Shown here: positions 50,039 to 60,080 of the stretch, piece after piece
Position numbering within the stretch: the first letter of the stretch is position 1
Layout of the letters: each line of letters opens with the position of its first letter
Source: Chlorobiota bacterium
Lineage (GTDB): Bacteria > Bacteroidota > Ignavibacteria > Kapaibacteriales > UBA2268
Assembly (NCBI GenBank): GCA_046290495.1
Contig: JBKAGT010000005.1
Location: 80,039 to 144,038 of the forward strand
Direction of reading: 5' to 3'
DNA length: 64,000 nt
Notes under the pieces: generated by a model
Seen by the model: the letters and a program-made list of their open reading frames with translations, nothing else
Databases searched by the model: none
What the model was told of the DNA's origin: nothing
Position numbers and translations under genes: made by a program

Positions 50039-50711
50039 TATAATTATATTCGAATTTATACTCTATTTCTCTTTCTAACGAACTACCCATTGTTTCAATC
50101 AAATTACCCAAATTATCCTGTACTTCGATGATTTTATCTATACGATTCGTACTTTCATCATAATAAATTGTGAGTTTAGCTTTAGTTGCATCCACCTTGT
50201 ATAATCTTCCCTTATCATCATACTCATAAGATTCAGTACTTTTGGTACCTTGATTTATAAAAGAATATTCTAACAACCTTTGTTGTTCATCTAATTTAAC
50301 AATGTCAACAAGTCTGCAATTGTCATACTCTATTTCATAAATCAAATTACCACTATCATCAGTTTCCCAATCTACAGTGTCTTTACTACACCAACTTTGA
50401 AACTCATAAGTCATAACCCCGTCATCTTCAGTAGAATCAATAACTTCATATTTAGAACTCTTTAAATAATTATATATCATTAGTGAAGGGTAGGCTACTT
50501 CAAATAGCTCTTCTAACATTATAGAGTCAGAATACTTGTAATTATCAGTATATTTTCTCTGGTAAACTATACTTGTATCTGATAAACTCAATTTGTTGTC
50601 TTTATCAATTTCTAAAATTGTTAAATTATCAATTGAATTATTATTTATCGCACCTTGCGAAAGAAGTGACAAAGGTATTAAAATTAAAATTATTATTCTT
50701 ATTCTTATCAT
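50031..50711 (-). CDS. Hypothetical secreted protein with YD-like (YEYDDKGRL) beta repeats
   Basis: Signal ..LLS|Q; ETDDSGNL, YEYDDKGRL and YYDESTNRI. Confidence 0.55.
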   Translation of the reverse strand: MIRIRIIILILIPLSLLSQGAINNNSIDNLTILEIDKDNKLSLSDTSIVYQRKYTDNYKYSDSIMLEELFEVAYPSLMIYNYLKSSKYEVIDSTEDDGVMTYEFQSWCSKDTVDWETDDSGNLIYEIEYDNCRLVDIVKLDEQQRLLEYSFINQGTKSTESYEYDDKGRLYKVDATKAKLTIYYDESTNRIDKIIEVQDNLGNLIETMGSSLEREIEYKFEYNYTN

Positions 50712-50762
50712 TATTACTGTTTTTATTTTCTAGTACACACTAAACGAATTAAAGTTACAAGT

Positions 50763-51923
50763 TTATGAATCAAAGCAGCCAATAGAACGAGCTATTACTA
50801 ATCTCTGTATTTCACTAGTACCCTCACCAATCTCTAATAGTTTCTGATCTCTATAATATTTCTCAGCGTCGTATTCTTTCATAAGACCGTATCCACCTAA
50901 AATCTGTACACAATGATTAGCAGATTCGTGAGCCAATTCAGAACAGTATAATTTAGAAATGGCACCTTCTTTAGTAATGCTTTTACCTTCTTCTAACATT
51001 CTACATACATCATATAAATAACCACGAGCCATTTCCAACTTCATCTCAATATCAGCAAGTTTAAATGCGTTTGCTTGGTAATGAGATATTGGTTTTCCAA
51101 ACGTCTTTCTTTCCTTAGCATACTTCAGGGCATATTCATAAGCTCCTTGAGCTAAGCCTAATCCCATAGCAGCTATTGATAATCTACCTCTGTCTAATGT
51201 AGAGAGCATTTGTTTAAATCCTTCACCTTGTTTACCTAACATAGCAGAGTGATGAACTTTCACATTTTCTAAAACTAATTCGCCAGTATTAGAGCCGCGC
51301 CACATCATTTTATCCTTCATAATATTTTGAGTGAATCCATCAGCATCATTTTCAACAATAAAACAGCTTAACTCTTTTCTACCATTATCTCGCTCACCAG
51401 TTACAGCCAGTATAGTAGAGCCTAATGTGATATCTGTAGCAGAGTTTGTTATGAAGATTTTTGTCCCATTTAGTATCCAATGATCACCATCACGTACAGC
51501 GGTTGTTTGTGTATTTCCTGCATCAGAACCAGCTTCTGGTTCAGTTAAACCAAAACCCCATAATTTTCCTCCCGCAAGCTCAGGTAAATACTTCTTTTTT
51601 TGTTCATCATTACCAAAATAGTACAATGGACCAGTTCCAAGCGAGTTGTGAGCCGCTATAGTAGCAGCTTGTGAGCCATCTACACGAGCTAATTCTTCTA
51701 CTGCAATAATGTAAGAAACATAATCTAATTCTGCACCACCATATTCATTAGGTAAAAATGCACCTAAGAGTCCAAGATCAGACATTTGTTCAGTAATTTC
51801 ATAAGAGAATCTCTCTTCTTCATCTAATATTTTAGATTGTTTCCTGATATTTTCTTCAGCAAAATTTCTTATTGTGTCTCTTATTAAAATCTGGTCTTCA
51901 TTTAAATTTCTATTGTTTGGCAT
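50763..51923 (-). CDS. Acyl-CoA dehydrogenase (short/branched chain)
   Basis: FGLTEPEAGSDA, NGTKIFITN, GRLSIAA, QILGGYG and EIGEGTSEIQR. Confidence 0.93.
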   Translation of the reverse strand: MPNNRNLNEDQILIRDTIRNFAEENIRKQSKILDEEERFSYEITEQMSDLGLLGAFLPNEYGGAELDYVSYIIAVEELARVDGSQAATIAAHNSLGTGPLYYFGNDEQKKKYLPELAGGKLWGFGLTEPEAGSDAGNTQTTAVRDGDHWILNGTKIFITNSATDITLGSTILAVTGERDNGRKELSCFIVENDADGFTQNIMKDKMMWRGSNTGELVLENVKVHHSAMLGKQGEGFKQMLSTLDRGRLSIAAMGLGLAQGAYEYALKYAKERKTFGKPISHYQANAFKLADIEMKLEMARGYLYDVCRMLEEGKSITKEGAISKLYCSELAHESANHCVQILGGYGLMKEYDAEKYYRDQKLLEIGEGTSEIQRLVIARSIGCFDS

Positions 51924-52006
51924 ATTATTTACAATTTATTTTTTTACTGTTAAACATTACGTAATTTTACAATATAACATTTTTAACTACGATTAAAACT
52001 GATTTT

Positions 52007-52804
52007 ATGATAAAAACAATGCAGATTTTTTGTTTATTTTTTTGTGTAATACTAATATCATGCTCATCAAATAAGAAATCTACTAATGACGATTCTACTA
52101 CTTTTACATCAATCTCCATTCAAGATAGTTTGAATATTAAAAACGATTTTTATTTTACTTTTGATATTAATACTATAAGATATGAAACTAGTGAAAGTGA
52201 ATTTATAAATGAAGATATTTCAGATTACATTTGCTTAGTTTTTAATGAAAAATGTCCCAAACGTAATGTAAAACTAACTAAAGACAATATTGAAAAATTA
52301 TTAAAACAACATCAAGAATTCCTTCAGAAAGATTATAAAAATAGTAATGATGATTTTATGCCGATTGAAATTCAATATACCATCAACATTGAAGAAAAGT
52401 ATTCCAAAAATAATATAAAAATAATAGAAAAAAACCAATACAGTTACACTGGCGGTGCTCATGGCAATTATTACACTCAATATTCGTGTTATGACGTCAA
52501 AGAAAGAGAGCTTTTAGTTATAAAAGATATTTTTGATGTAGTTGAATTAAACAAATTGGGTCAAGAATATTTCTTGATGCAGAGAGGACTTCAGAAAAAT
52601 GTGAATTTAGAAGATAGCGGTTATTGGTTCGATGGTAATAGTTTTTACTTGCCAAATAATTTCACGATTGAAAATAATAGTTTTGTTTTTGTTTTTAATC
52701 CTTACGAAATAGCATCTTATGCAGAAGGTATAATAGAAATCAGAATACCTTTTAATAGAATAAGAAATACAATAAAAGAAGAATATAAATTTATAATTAA
52801 TTAG
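52007..52804 (+). CDS. RsiV/DUF3298-DUF4163 family lipoprotein
   Basis: Lipobox LISC; YSYTGGAHG and FNPYEIASYAEG. Confidence 0.85.
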   Translation: MIKTMQIFCLFFCVILISCSSNKKSTNDDSTTFTSISIQDSLNIKNDFYFTFDINTIRYETSESEFINEDISDYICLVFNEKCPKRNVKLTKDNIEKLLKQHQEFLQKDYKNSNDDFMPIEIQYTINIEEKYSKNNIKIIEKNQYSYTGGAHGNYYTQYSCYDVKERELLVIKDIFDVVELNKLGQEYFLMQRGLQKNVNLEDSGYWFDGNSFYLPNNFTIENNSFVFVFNPYEIASYAEGIIEIRIPFNRIRNTIKEEYKFIIN

Positions 52805-52814
52805 AGATATTAGA

Positions 52815-53963
52815 ATGTTTGATTTATTACTAACAGATGAACAAAAAATGTTACAACAAATGGTTCATGATTTCGCAGTCAATGAGATTGAACCAGTTGC
52901 TTCCGAAAACGAAAGAAACCATAGATACCCAGCTGATATAATTAAAAAAGCAGGAGAATTGGGCTTAATGGGTATCGCATACCCAGAAGAGTATGGTGGA
53001 TCTGGAATGGATTATACATCCTACATGTTAGCTATCGAAGAAATATCAAGATACTGTGCGTCTACGGGGGTTATTATATCTGCTCATTCATCTTTAGCAT
53101 GTGACCCAATATTCAGATTTGGTACAGAAGAACAGAAACAAAAATATTTACCAGATATGTTATCAGGTAATAAGATAGGAGCATTTTCTTTAACTGAATC
53201 TGGAGCTGGATCCGATGCAGGTGCAACTAAAACTACTGCTAAATTAGTTGGAGATAAATGGATTTTAAATGGTTCAAAAATATTTGCTACAAATGGTGCT
53301 GAAGCTGATGTCTTTGTTTTACTTGCTAGTACGGAACCAGATAAGAAAACAAGAGGAGTGACAGGTTTTATAGTAGATGCTGATACACCTGGCTACAGTA
53401 TTGGTAAAGTAGAAAAGAAATTAGGAATACGCTCATCTTCAACAACTGAAATAATATTAGATAATGTTGAGTTACCTAAAAGTGCAATGCTAGGAAATTT
53501 AAATGAAGGATTTAAAATGGCAATGATAACACTTGATGGTGGAAGACTTGGTATAGCATCACAAGCATTAGGTATTGCAAGGGCAGCATTCGAAGATGCA
53601 TTAAAATATTCGAAAGAAAGAGAACAATTCGGAAAGCCGATAAATAGCTTCCAAGCTATTCAATGGATGTTGGCTGATATGAGAGTAAAGTATGAGGCAT
53701 CATGGTTGCTTACTTGGAGAGCTAGTAAGATGAAAGATGCAGGTGAAAATTACTCACGCTTTGCCGCTATGGCGAAATTAGATGCTTCAGAAACTGCAAT
53801 GTTCTGTGCTAATAAAGGCCTTCAAATACATGGTGGTTATGGTTATACTGAAGACTTTAATGCAGAAAGATATTATAGAGATGCTAAAATATGTGAATTG
53901 TATGAAGGTACTAGTGAAATACAGAGACTAGTAATTGCCAGAGATCTTATTGTTAATTATTAA
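52815..53963 (+). CDS. Acyl-CoA dehydrogenase (butyryl-CoA dehydrogenase-like)
   Basis: FSLTESGAGSDA, KLGIRSS, LDGGRLGIASQALG, QIHGGYGY and YEGTSEIQR. Confidence 0.93.
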   Translation: MFDLLLTDEQKMLQQMVHDFAVNEIEPVASENERNHRYPADIIKKAGELGLMGIAYPEEYGGSGMDYTSYMLAIEEISRYCASTGVIISAHSSLACDPIFRFGTEEQKQKYLPDMLSGNKIGAFSLTESGAGSDAGATKTTAKLVGDKWILNGSKIFATNGAEADVFVLLASTEPDKKTRGVTGFIVDADTPGYSIGKVEKKLGIRSSSTTEIILDNVELPKSAMLGNLNEGFKMAMITLDGGRLGIASQALGIARAAFEDALKYSKEREQFGKPINSFQAIQWMLADMRVKYEASWLLTWRASKMKDAGENYSRFAAMAKLDASETAMFCANKGLQIHGGYGYTEDFNAERYYRDAKICELYEGTSEIQRLVIARDLIVNY

Positions 53964-53968
53964 ATATT

Positions 53969-54289
53969 ATGAAAAATATATTAACTAATAGCAAATCAGA
54001 AGAATTTGATTTGTTTGAATTACTTAATGAGAAATCAGCAGTTGTAATAGATGTAAGATCAGAATCAGAATATAAATCTGGAAGTATTAAAAACTCTGTA
54101 AATATTCCTGTTGAAAACATTGCAGATTCTTTAGAAAGGATAAAAGAAATCCAAGGACCCATAGTTTTCTGTTGTCTTTCAGGTGCTAGAAGTGCTTTAG
54201 TAGTGGAGTATTTGGATGGCTTGGGGGTAAGCAACATATATAATGGTGGTAGTTGGAAGACAGTAGAAATGCAACTAATTCAAAAATGA
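53969..54289 (+). CDS. Single-domain rhodanese (PspE/GlpE-like)
   Basis: IDVRSESEY, NIP, CLSGARS active-site loop and NGG. Confidence 0.88.
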   Translation: MKNILTNSKSEEFDLFELLNEKSAVVIDVRSESEYKSGSIKNSVNIPVENIADSLERIKEIQGPIVFCCLSGARSALVVEYLDGLGVSNIYNGGSWKTVEMQLIQK

Positions 54290-54456
54290 GAAAATTGACA
54301 AAAATAATTGGTTATATCTTATCTTTTTTTTTCTTATTGTCAAGCATTTTTGAAGAAAGTATTATTTTGTTATTAGTCGCATTTTTCTTGTTCGCTTTTT
54401 CATATTTTAAGCTAGGTTGCTTAAAATATAATTGTGATTATAACGATGATTTATAA
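54286..54456 (+). CDS. Small two-TM membrane protein, DUF2892/YgaP-like
   Basis: ATGA overlap with the rhodanese stop; two hydrophobic helices and a GC....C tail; typical rhodanese context. Confidence 0.45.
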   Translation: MRKLTKIIGYILSFFFLLSSIFEESIILLLVAFFLFAFSYFKLGCLKYNCDYNDDL

Positions 54457-54482
54457 GTGTCAAACTAAATTAAAAAAATAAA

Positions 54483-55229
54483 ATGAAAAAGAACTCCTTA
54501 GTTGTACTAATACTAATATCATTATTTAACTTAGTTTCATGCAGTGAAGCTGAAGAAAACACAGATGTGCAAACTGAATTTGAAGTCATTTCAGCACAAA
54601 AATTCCATGACTTAATTATTGATACAGATGATCCCCAAATATTAGATGTGAGAACTCCACAGGAATATAGTTCTGGTAACATAGAAGGTGCAGTCAACAT
54701 AAATATATATGATAGCAACTTTGAAGAAAGGATTAATGAACTTGATAAATCGAAGCCTGTTTTTGTTTACTGTAGGTCTGGATCAAGAAGTAATAAGGCC
54801 TCAAAGATATTAACAGATAATGGATTTTCTAAGGTTTATGACCTAAAAGGTGGCATAACTTCTTGGAATTTACAAAACTTTGAGGTACCGCCAGACAATA
54901 CTAAAAGTGAAAATCAGGGCGGAATGACAATTGAAGCTTACGATAAACTTGTTTCAAACAAAGATAAGTTAGTGCTTGTAGACTTCAACGCAGAATGGTG
55001 TGCACCATGTAAAAAACTGTCACCAATTTTAGATAAAATTGCTGATGATCATCCTAATAAAGTAGAGTTAATAAAATTAGATGTTGATGAAAATCCTGTA
55101 ATATCTAAAAGTATGAGAATACAAGGCTTACCAACATTGAAACTTTATAAAAATGGGGAAGAGGTTTGGCAGTATTTAGGTTTAACCTCTGAAGAAAAAA
55201 TAGTATCTAAAATCAATGCAAATATATAA
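54483..55229 (+). CDS. Lipoprotein rhodanese-thioredoxin fusion
   Basis: Lipobox LVSC; LDVRTPQEY...YCRSGSRS rhodanese; VDFNAEWCAPCK thioredoxin. Confidence 0.88.
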   Translation: MKKNSLVVLILISLFNLVSCSEAEENTDVQTEFEVISAQKFHDLIIDTDDPQILDVRTPQEYSSGNIEGAVNINIYDSNFEERINELDKSKPVFVYCRSGSRSNKASKILTDNGFSKVYDLKGGITSWNLQNFEVPPDNTKSENQGGMTIEAYDKLVSNKDKLVLVDFNAEWCAPCKKLSPILDKIADDHPNKVELIKLDVDENPVISKSMRIQGLPTLKLYKNGEEVWQYLGLTSEEKIVSKINANI

Positions 55230-56090
55230 TTATTTGAATAAGACATAAGAATCTGGAAGAGTTTTAACTAACTCTTTCATTTTCTCGTCAAATGCACTAA
55301 TATTCCTAACACCTATCATATTGCTCAGATTATTGAAGTTTTTAATGTTTCCTATTGATATATTATCTACATCTTTAAAATCATTAGCAGTTAATTTATC
55401 TACATAATTTTTACTTACATTTATACCAAAATTAAGTGATTGATAATTATTAGCAGTCTCAGGAGTATAATAATACTTTATAACACTATGTACCATATCA
55501 GGTAATGACCAGACTTCAGAAAGCTTGCTTCCGACTGATCTGTGATCTTCCCTAAAAACAGCATTTTCTGCTTCAATTTCTGAAATATCTTCTAGTTCAG
55601 TTAATTTAATAACTTTTACATAATCTAGAGGTTCCATCTGTATCATTATCATTCTTCCAATATCATGAAGTAAACCAGATACAAATAAGCCATTCCTTAA
55701 TCTACTGTCAAATGAATCTATAAATACTTTTGATAGGTTGCCAATTAGAAATGAGTTATAAAAATATTTTTCAAGTAAAGGGTAGATATTTAAATTTCTT
55801 CCTATAAATAACTTAGAGTGTAATGAGACGCTAAAAACAATATCACTAACTCTCTTAGTACCTAAAATCTGGATTGCATGTGATAAATTTACTACTTCTG
55901 ACCTAACTTGGAAAAGAGGAGAGTTCGCCATTTTGAGCGTTTTCATCGATATCACTGGATCAGATTCAATTAATCTAACTATTTCATTTACATCTATATC
56001 ATCTTGTTGTAATATTTCAAGCAATTTGGATGCAATATCTGGTAGTGATATGAAGTTGTCTTTTTGTAAAAATTTGTCAAAAATACTCAT
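55230..56090 (-). CDS. Stand-alone HDOD domain protein
   Basis: SLPD, DPVISMKTLKMANSP, AIQILG, GLLHDIG and WSLP. Confidence 0.88.
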   Translation of the reverse strand: MSIFDKFLQKDNFISLPDIASKLLEILQQDDIDVNEIVRLIESDPVISMKTLKMANSPLFQVRSEVVNLSHAIQILGTKRVSDIVFSVSLHSKLFIGRNLNIYPLLEKYFYNSFLIGNLSKVFIDSFDSRLRNGLFVSGLLHDIGRMIMIQMEPLDYVKVIKLTELEDISEIEAENAVFREDHRSVGSKLSEVWSLPDMVHSVIKYYYTPETANNYQSLNFGINVSKNYVDKLTANDFKDVDNISIGNIKNFNNLSNMIGVRNISAFDEKMKELVKTLPDSYVLFK

Positions 56091-56102
56091 TTTAATTTCC
56101 TA

Positions 56103-56996
56103 TTATTTTAAATCATATGTAAAGTCAAAATTATCATTCGAATAAGCCGAATCATCATATAACTGTACATTTAGTTTTATCAAATCATCTTGATATAAAT
56201 CTTGTAATAAAGCATACTTCTCAATATATACTTTTAGTTCTTCATTTTCTGAAGTTAAACCATGAAAAAATATTAAACACATTTCATAAACACTTATTTG
56301 AGAGAATAATATACTTAGGAAAAAATGTTTATCGTTTTCATCAGCTCTGTCAATAAAAAGTAACAAGTTAAATATATTCCTAAAATAATGTCCTAATTCA
56401 TATCTAAATTCATTGAAAAAACTTGTATAAGCTGTTTCTATAACACCTTTGAGCGAATCTTCGTCCACACCGGCATCACTCAAATGTTCTAAATATTTTG
56501 AATAGAATCGTTTGAATACATTATAGAATTCACCAAATGTAGATCTACCTTGAATTGTCTGCTTTTCTATATTACCAGAATGAACATTAATATTATTTGA
56601 TTCAAATCTCAAGGTATCAAGCAAATCAGTATGAAACTTTAATAAATTAAAAAATGTCTCTTCTTGTTTCTGCTTTTGTAATGTATCGTTCTGCCTTTCT
56701 AGTTCTTTACTTTGATTAATCATAGCTTCTGTTTGAGAAACTAAAAATTCCTTTTGCTCGTTCAGTTCATTTCTTTGATAGACAAGAGCACTGTAAAAGA
56801 GAAGAATCCCTGCTAATGACCAAAGCGACCCTACGAATCCGCCTATAAATTCTCCAAATTCTCCTAATGATAGGGAAGTGTTATATAATTTAGTAAAGTT
56901 GGCAAATGAAACAATTAATGAACTAAGAATAATTATGATACCAAGTACCATAAATACAATTGCTACCTTTTCTGAAATGTGTTTATTCTTTAACAA
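56103..56996 (-). CDS. Putative phage abortive infection protein (putAbiC-like) with 2 N-terminal TM helices
   Basis: GEFGEFIGG, QRNEL coiled coil, EETFFNLL, LGHYFRNIFNLL, SQIS.YE and IEKYALL match the putAbiC pattern; TTG start. Confidence 0.7.
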   Translation of the reverse strand: MLKNKHISEKVAIVFMVLGIIIILSSLIVSFANFTKLYNTSLSLGEFGEFIGGFVGSLWSLAGILLFYSALVYQRNELNEQKEFLVSQTEAMINQSKELERQNDTLQKQKQEETFFNLLKFHTDLLDTLRFESNNINVHSGNIEKQTIQGRSTFGEFYNVFKRFYSKYLEHLSDAGVDEDSLKGVIETAYTSFFNEFRYELGHYFRNIFNLLLFIDRADENDKHFFLSILFSQISVYEMCLIFFHGLTSENEELKVYIEKYALLQDLYQDDLIKLNVQLYDDSAYSNDNFDFTYDLK

Positions 56997-56998
56997 TT

Positions 56999-58120
56999 CT
57001 AATCAATAGTTATTTTATAAAACTTATTATCATACAACAAATACTGTGCCTTTATATTCAACACTTTAATATTAAGTGATTCATTTGGTTGCAATGCTGA
57101 ACTATATGTCATTTGGCCTAATATATTATAAAATTTTAAGTAAATAGATTTACTTGTATTATTGAAGATATCACCATTTATAAAAATTAGTTCATTCTTT
57201 TTTTTTACAGAACTTAGTTTTCTTTTGAAGAAAAATAAATCTGCTTCGAAGTTGTCAAAAGATTTTTCTTCACTAACTGTATAAAAGCCAGATATGTCAC
57301 TATCCCAAGCTATTGATTCACCCTGAGGCTCTTCATTTATTGAATAATTATAAGATTCAACAACTTTTGGCTTTGCTTTCAAACTCTCTTTTAAATTGAG
57401 GCTAGTATTTTCAAAGTACCAAACAGAAGTATAATCCCTGATTAGAATATGTTGTCCATCACTTGAAATATCACCTGCTGTAACACCTGTAGAACCTGAT
57501 GAAATATTATTTCCAAAATCAAAATCAGAAACAAATTTTGCAGTATTCACATTGTTAACGTTAAAATCAGAAGAAATCTCATATAGCCTTGCTCTAGATT
57601 CTCTCTTTGTGACTATATAAATCTTATTGCTGTTTGGGTCAACAAATAGACACTCTGCATCTCTACTGCCATCTTCATACTTTATTGAAAATTGTAATAT
57701 TAGATTATCATCTATTTTTATTTCAGCGGAACCGGAATATTTAATTTCAGGAATGAAAAACAGATTAATATTTTCACGACTCGAGTTATTATCTCCAATG
57801 TCTGCTAGTACAATGTAATTTGCTCCGTTGTATCGGATAGTAGCAATATCTTCAATATCTGTATCAATTGGCAATATATCTTTGCTAAAATTTAGGTAAG
57901 TCAAAGATTTTCCGTTTCTATCAATTCCATATATTTCGTCAGCTCTACCATCATTAACTGCCCAAATGATGTCTTTGTTAGTTCTACCAAAGACTAAACC
58001 AGAAATTTCATCTAATTGGTCATATTCCACTTTTCCTTTATTAAGTCTTTCTTCAAAGTCTGAAGAGTAACATGATATAAAAAGAAAAAAGAGCACTATT
58101 ATAGTAAAGTATTTGAGCAT
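56999..58120 (-). CDS. Secreted beta-propeller protein (phytase/SdiA-regulated-like) with degenerate T9SS C-terminal domain
   Basis: EISGL, WAVND, DIEDIA, DIGDN, DAECL, TAGDIS, QGESIAW and YTVSE blades; tail FYNILGQ. Confidence 0.65.
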   Translation of the reverse strand: MLKYFTIIVLFFLFISCYSSDFEERLNKGKVEYDQLDEISGLVFGRTNKDIIWAVNDGRADEIYGIDRNGKSLTYLNFSKDILPIDTDIEDIATIRYNGANYIVLADIGDNNSSRENINLFFIPEIKYSGSAEIKIDDNLILQFSIKYEDGSRDAECLFVDPNSNKIYIVTKRESRARLYEISSDFNVNNVNTAKFVSDFDFGNNISSGSTGVTAGDISSDGQHILIRDYTSVWYFENTSLNLKESLKAKPKVVESYNYSINEEPQGESIAWDSDISGFYTVSEEKSFDNFEADLFFFKRKLSSVKKKNELIFINGDIFNNTSKSIYLKFYNILGQMTYSSALQPNESLNIKVLNIKAQYLLYDNKFYKITID

Positions 58121-58157
58121 TTAATTTATAGAATTTTAAATAAGAATTAAATAAGAT

Positions 58158-58190
58158 AAAAAAAAAGTAGTCAATAAATGACTACTTTTT
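58158..58190 (-). terminator. Rho-independent terminator ending the atp operon
   Basis: On + AAAAAGTAGTCA-ATAAA-TGACTACTTTTT with an upstream A run, giving a T tail on the minus strand. Confidence 0.85.
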
Positions 58191-58219
58191 CAAAATTTAT
58201 TTAAATGTTTATTAATATT

Positions 58220-59116
58220 TTAGTTGTTCAGTGCTTCAGCGCCGCCAACTATTTCTAACATTTCTGTAGTAATTGCTGCTTGACGTTCTTTGTTATACTT
58301 TAAGTTCAGTTCATCAACTAATTCATTAGCATTAGTTGTAGCGTTATCCATAGCCATCATTCTAGAAGCATTTTCAGCAGCGTTTGATTCTAACAATGTA
58401 CGCCACATTGAAATATTTAATAGCTTGGGAAGTAATTCATCCATAATTTCTTTTTCATTGGGTTCAAATATATATGAAACCTGATTATTATTAGATTCAG
58501 TATCTTCTAGGTCAGCTTTATCTATTGTTTCAATTGGTAATAATTGTTCAATTTTCACTTCTTGCTTAATTACATTGATAAACTCATTGTAAACAATATA
58601 AACTCTATCAATTTCACCATTAACGAACTTCTCTTCAAAAGTGCCAATGATAGATTGAGCTGTACTAAACTCTAAGTTTGTAAATACGTCTCTGAAGTTT
58701 TTATTTATATTGTAATTAGTTTTACTAAATTTAGATACTGTTTTATTTCCTACAGAAATAACTGAAACTTCAGCTCCAGGATGTTTAGCTGCTAATTCAT
58801 TATCTATAAAGTTTGTTACATTCTTGTAGATTTGTGCGTTAAAACTACCACAAAGTCCTTTATCTGAACCTACAACTACTAATGCTATATTTTTTACTTC
58901 ACGGTTAACTATGAGTGGATTCTCATAATCTTCGCCTATACCACCCAATACATTGCTTAAAATTTCTTGAAGTTTTAATACATAAGGTCTAGCTTCTTCT
59001 ATTGCTCTTTGTCCACGTTTTAGCTTTGCAGCAGAAACCATTTTCATCGCTTGAGTAATTTTTGCAGTATTTTTTACACCACCTATTCTACGTTTTAACT
59101 CTCTTAAATTTGCCAT
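58220..59116 (-). CDS. atpG: ATP synthase F1 gamma subunit
   Basis: KITQAMKMVSAAK, SDKGLCGSFN, RMMAMDNATTNA and RQAAITTEMLEIVGGA. Confidence 0.98.
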   Translation of the reverse strand: MANLRELKRRIGGVKNTAKITQAMKMVSAAKLKRGQRAIEEARPYVLKLQEILSNVLGGIGEDYENPLIVNREVKNIALVVVGSDKGLCGSFNAQIYKNVTNFIDNELAAKHPGAEVSVISVGNKTVSKFSKTNYNINKNFRDVFTNLEFSTAQSIIGTFEEKFVNGEIDRVYIVYNEFINVIKQEVKIEQLLPIETIDKADLEDTESNNNQVSYIFEPNEKEIMDELLPKLLNISMWRTLLESNAAENASRMMAMDNATTNANELVDELNLKYNKERQAAITTEMLEIVGGAEALNN

Positions 59117-59120
59117 ACTA

Positions 59121-60080
59121 TTATATGTATTTGTTTTTTTCTAAATAATTTTTAACATAGTCTGAAACTGCATCTTCAAAAGATGTGAATTCAGTCTTAA
59201 AGCCTGCATTATGAAATTTTGACATTTCTGCTTTAGTATAATTTTGATATTGATTTGCTATATCAGCAGGTATATCAATGTACTCTATATCAGTGTTTTT
59301 ATCCAACGCTTTGAAAACATTCTTTGCTAGATCATTCCAGCTAGAAGTATTTCCAGTTCCAAGGTTAAAAATCCCTTTGATATTTTTGTCGTACGCTTCT
59401 AGCATTGCTTCGCATACATCTTTAACATATATGAAGTCTCTGAGCTGTTCGCCATTTCCATATTCAGTGGAGTTTGATTTAAAAAGCCTTACGGAACCAT
59501 TTTTCTTTATCTGGTGATAAGACTTGTATATCATACTACTCATGCCACCTTTATGATACTCATTAGGACCAAAAACATTGAAAAATTTAAATCCACAGAA
59601 AGTATTCTCTAAATCCATTTTGACAATCCATTTGTCAAATAAATATTTAGAGTAACCATAACCATTGAGAGGGGAGAGGTTTATAAACTCAGAATCATCA
59701 AACCCGTTTTCTCCCATTCCATAAGTAGCAGCACTACTTGCATATATTAGCTTTATATCGTTATCCAAACAATAACTAGCTATATCTTTACTAAAATTAT
59801 AGTTGTTATCATAAAGATAGTCAATATCAGATTCAGTTGTAGAACTACAGGCACCTAAATGAAAGATACATTCAATAATATCAGTATCTTCTATGTTACT
59901 AAGAAAGTCAATAAATTCATACTTTGGAATATAGTCGATAAATTCCTTTCCAATTAGATTTTTCCATTTTGAGGAAGTATCTAGATTGTCAACGATAAGT
60001 ATGTCTTCACGACCTCTATCATTTAAATATTTAAGTAGGCAGGACCCTATGAATCCTGCACCACCTGTAATAACTATCAT
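59121..60080 (-). CDS. rfaD: ADP-L-glycero-D-manno-heptose 6-epimerase (HldD)
   Basis: TGGAGFIGS, FHLGACSSTT, YASSAATYG, YGYSK, FNVFGPNEYHKG.M.S and RDFIYVKD. Confidence 0.92.
   Translation of the reverse strand: MIVITGGAGFIGSCLLKYLNDRGREDILIVDNLDTSSKWKNLIGKEFIDYIPKYEFIDFLSNIEDTDIIECIFHLGACSSTTESDIDYLYDNNYNFSKDIASYCLDNDIKLIYASSAATYGMGENGFDDSEFINLSPLNGYGYSKYLFDKWIVKMDLENTFCGFKFFNVFGPNEYHKGGMSSMIYKSYHQIKKNGSVRLFKSNSTEYGNGEQLRDFIYVKDVCEAMLEAYDKNIKGIFNLGTGNTSSWNDLAKNVFKALDKNTDIEYIDIPADIANQYQNYTKAEMSKFHNAGFKTEFTSFEDAVSDYVKNYLEKNKYI

Noticed and set aside
58158-59116. atp operon ends after atpG without atpD/atpC
   Set aside because: A separate atpDC locus is the established arrangement in many Bacteroidota/Chlorobi, so it is not novel.
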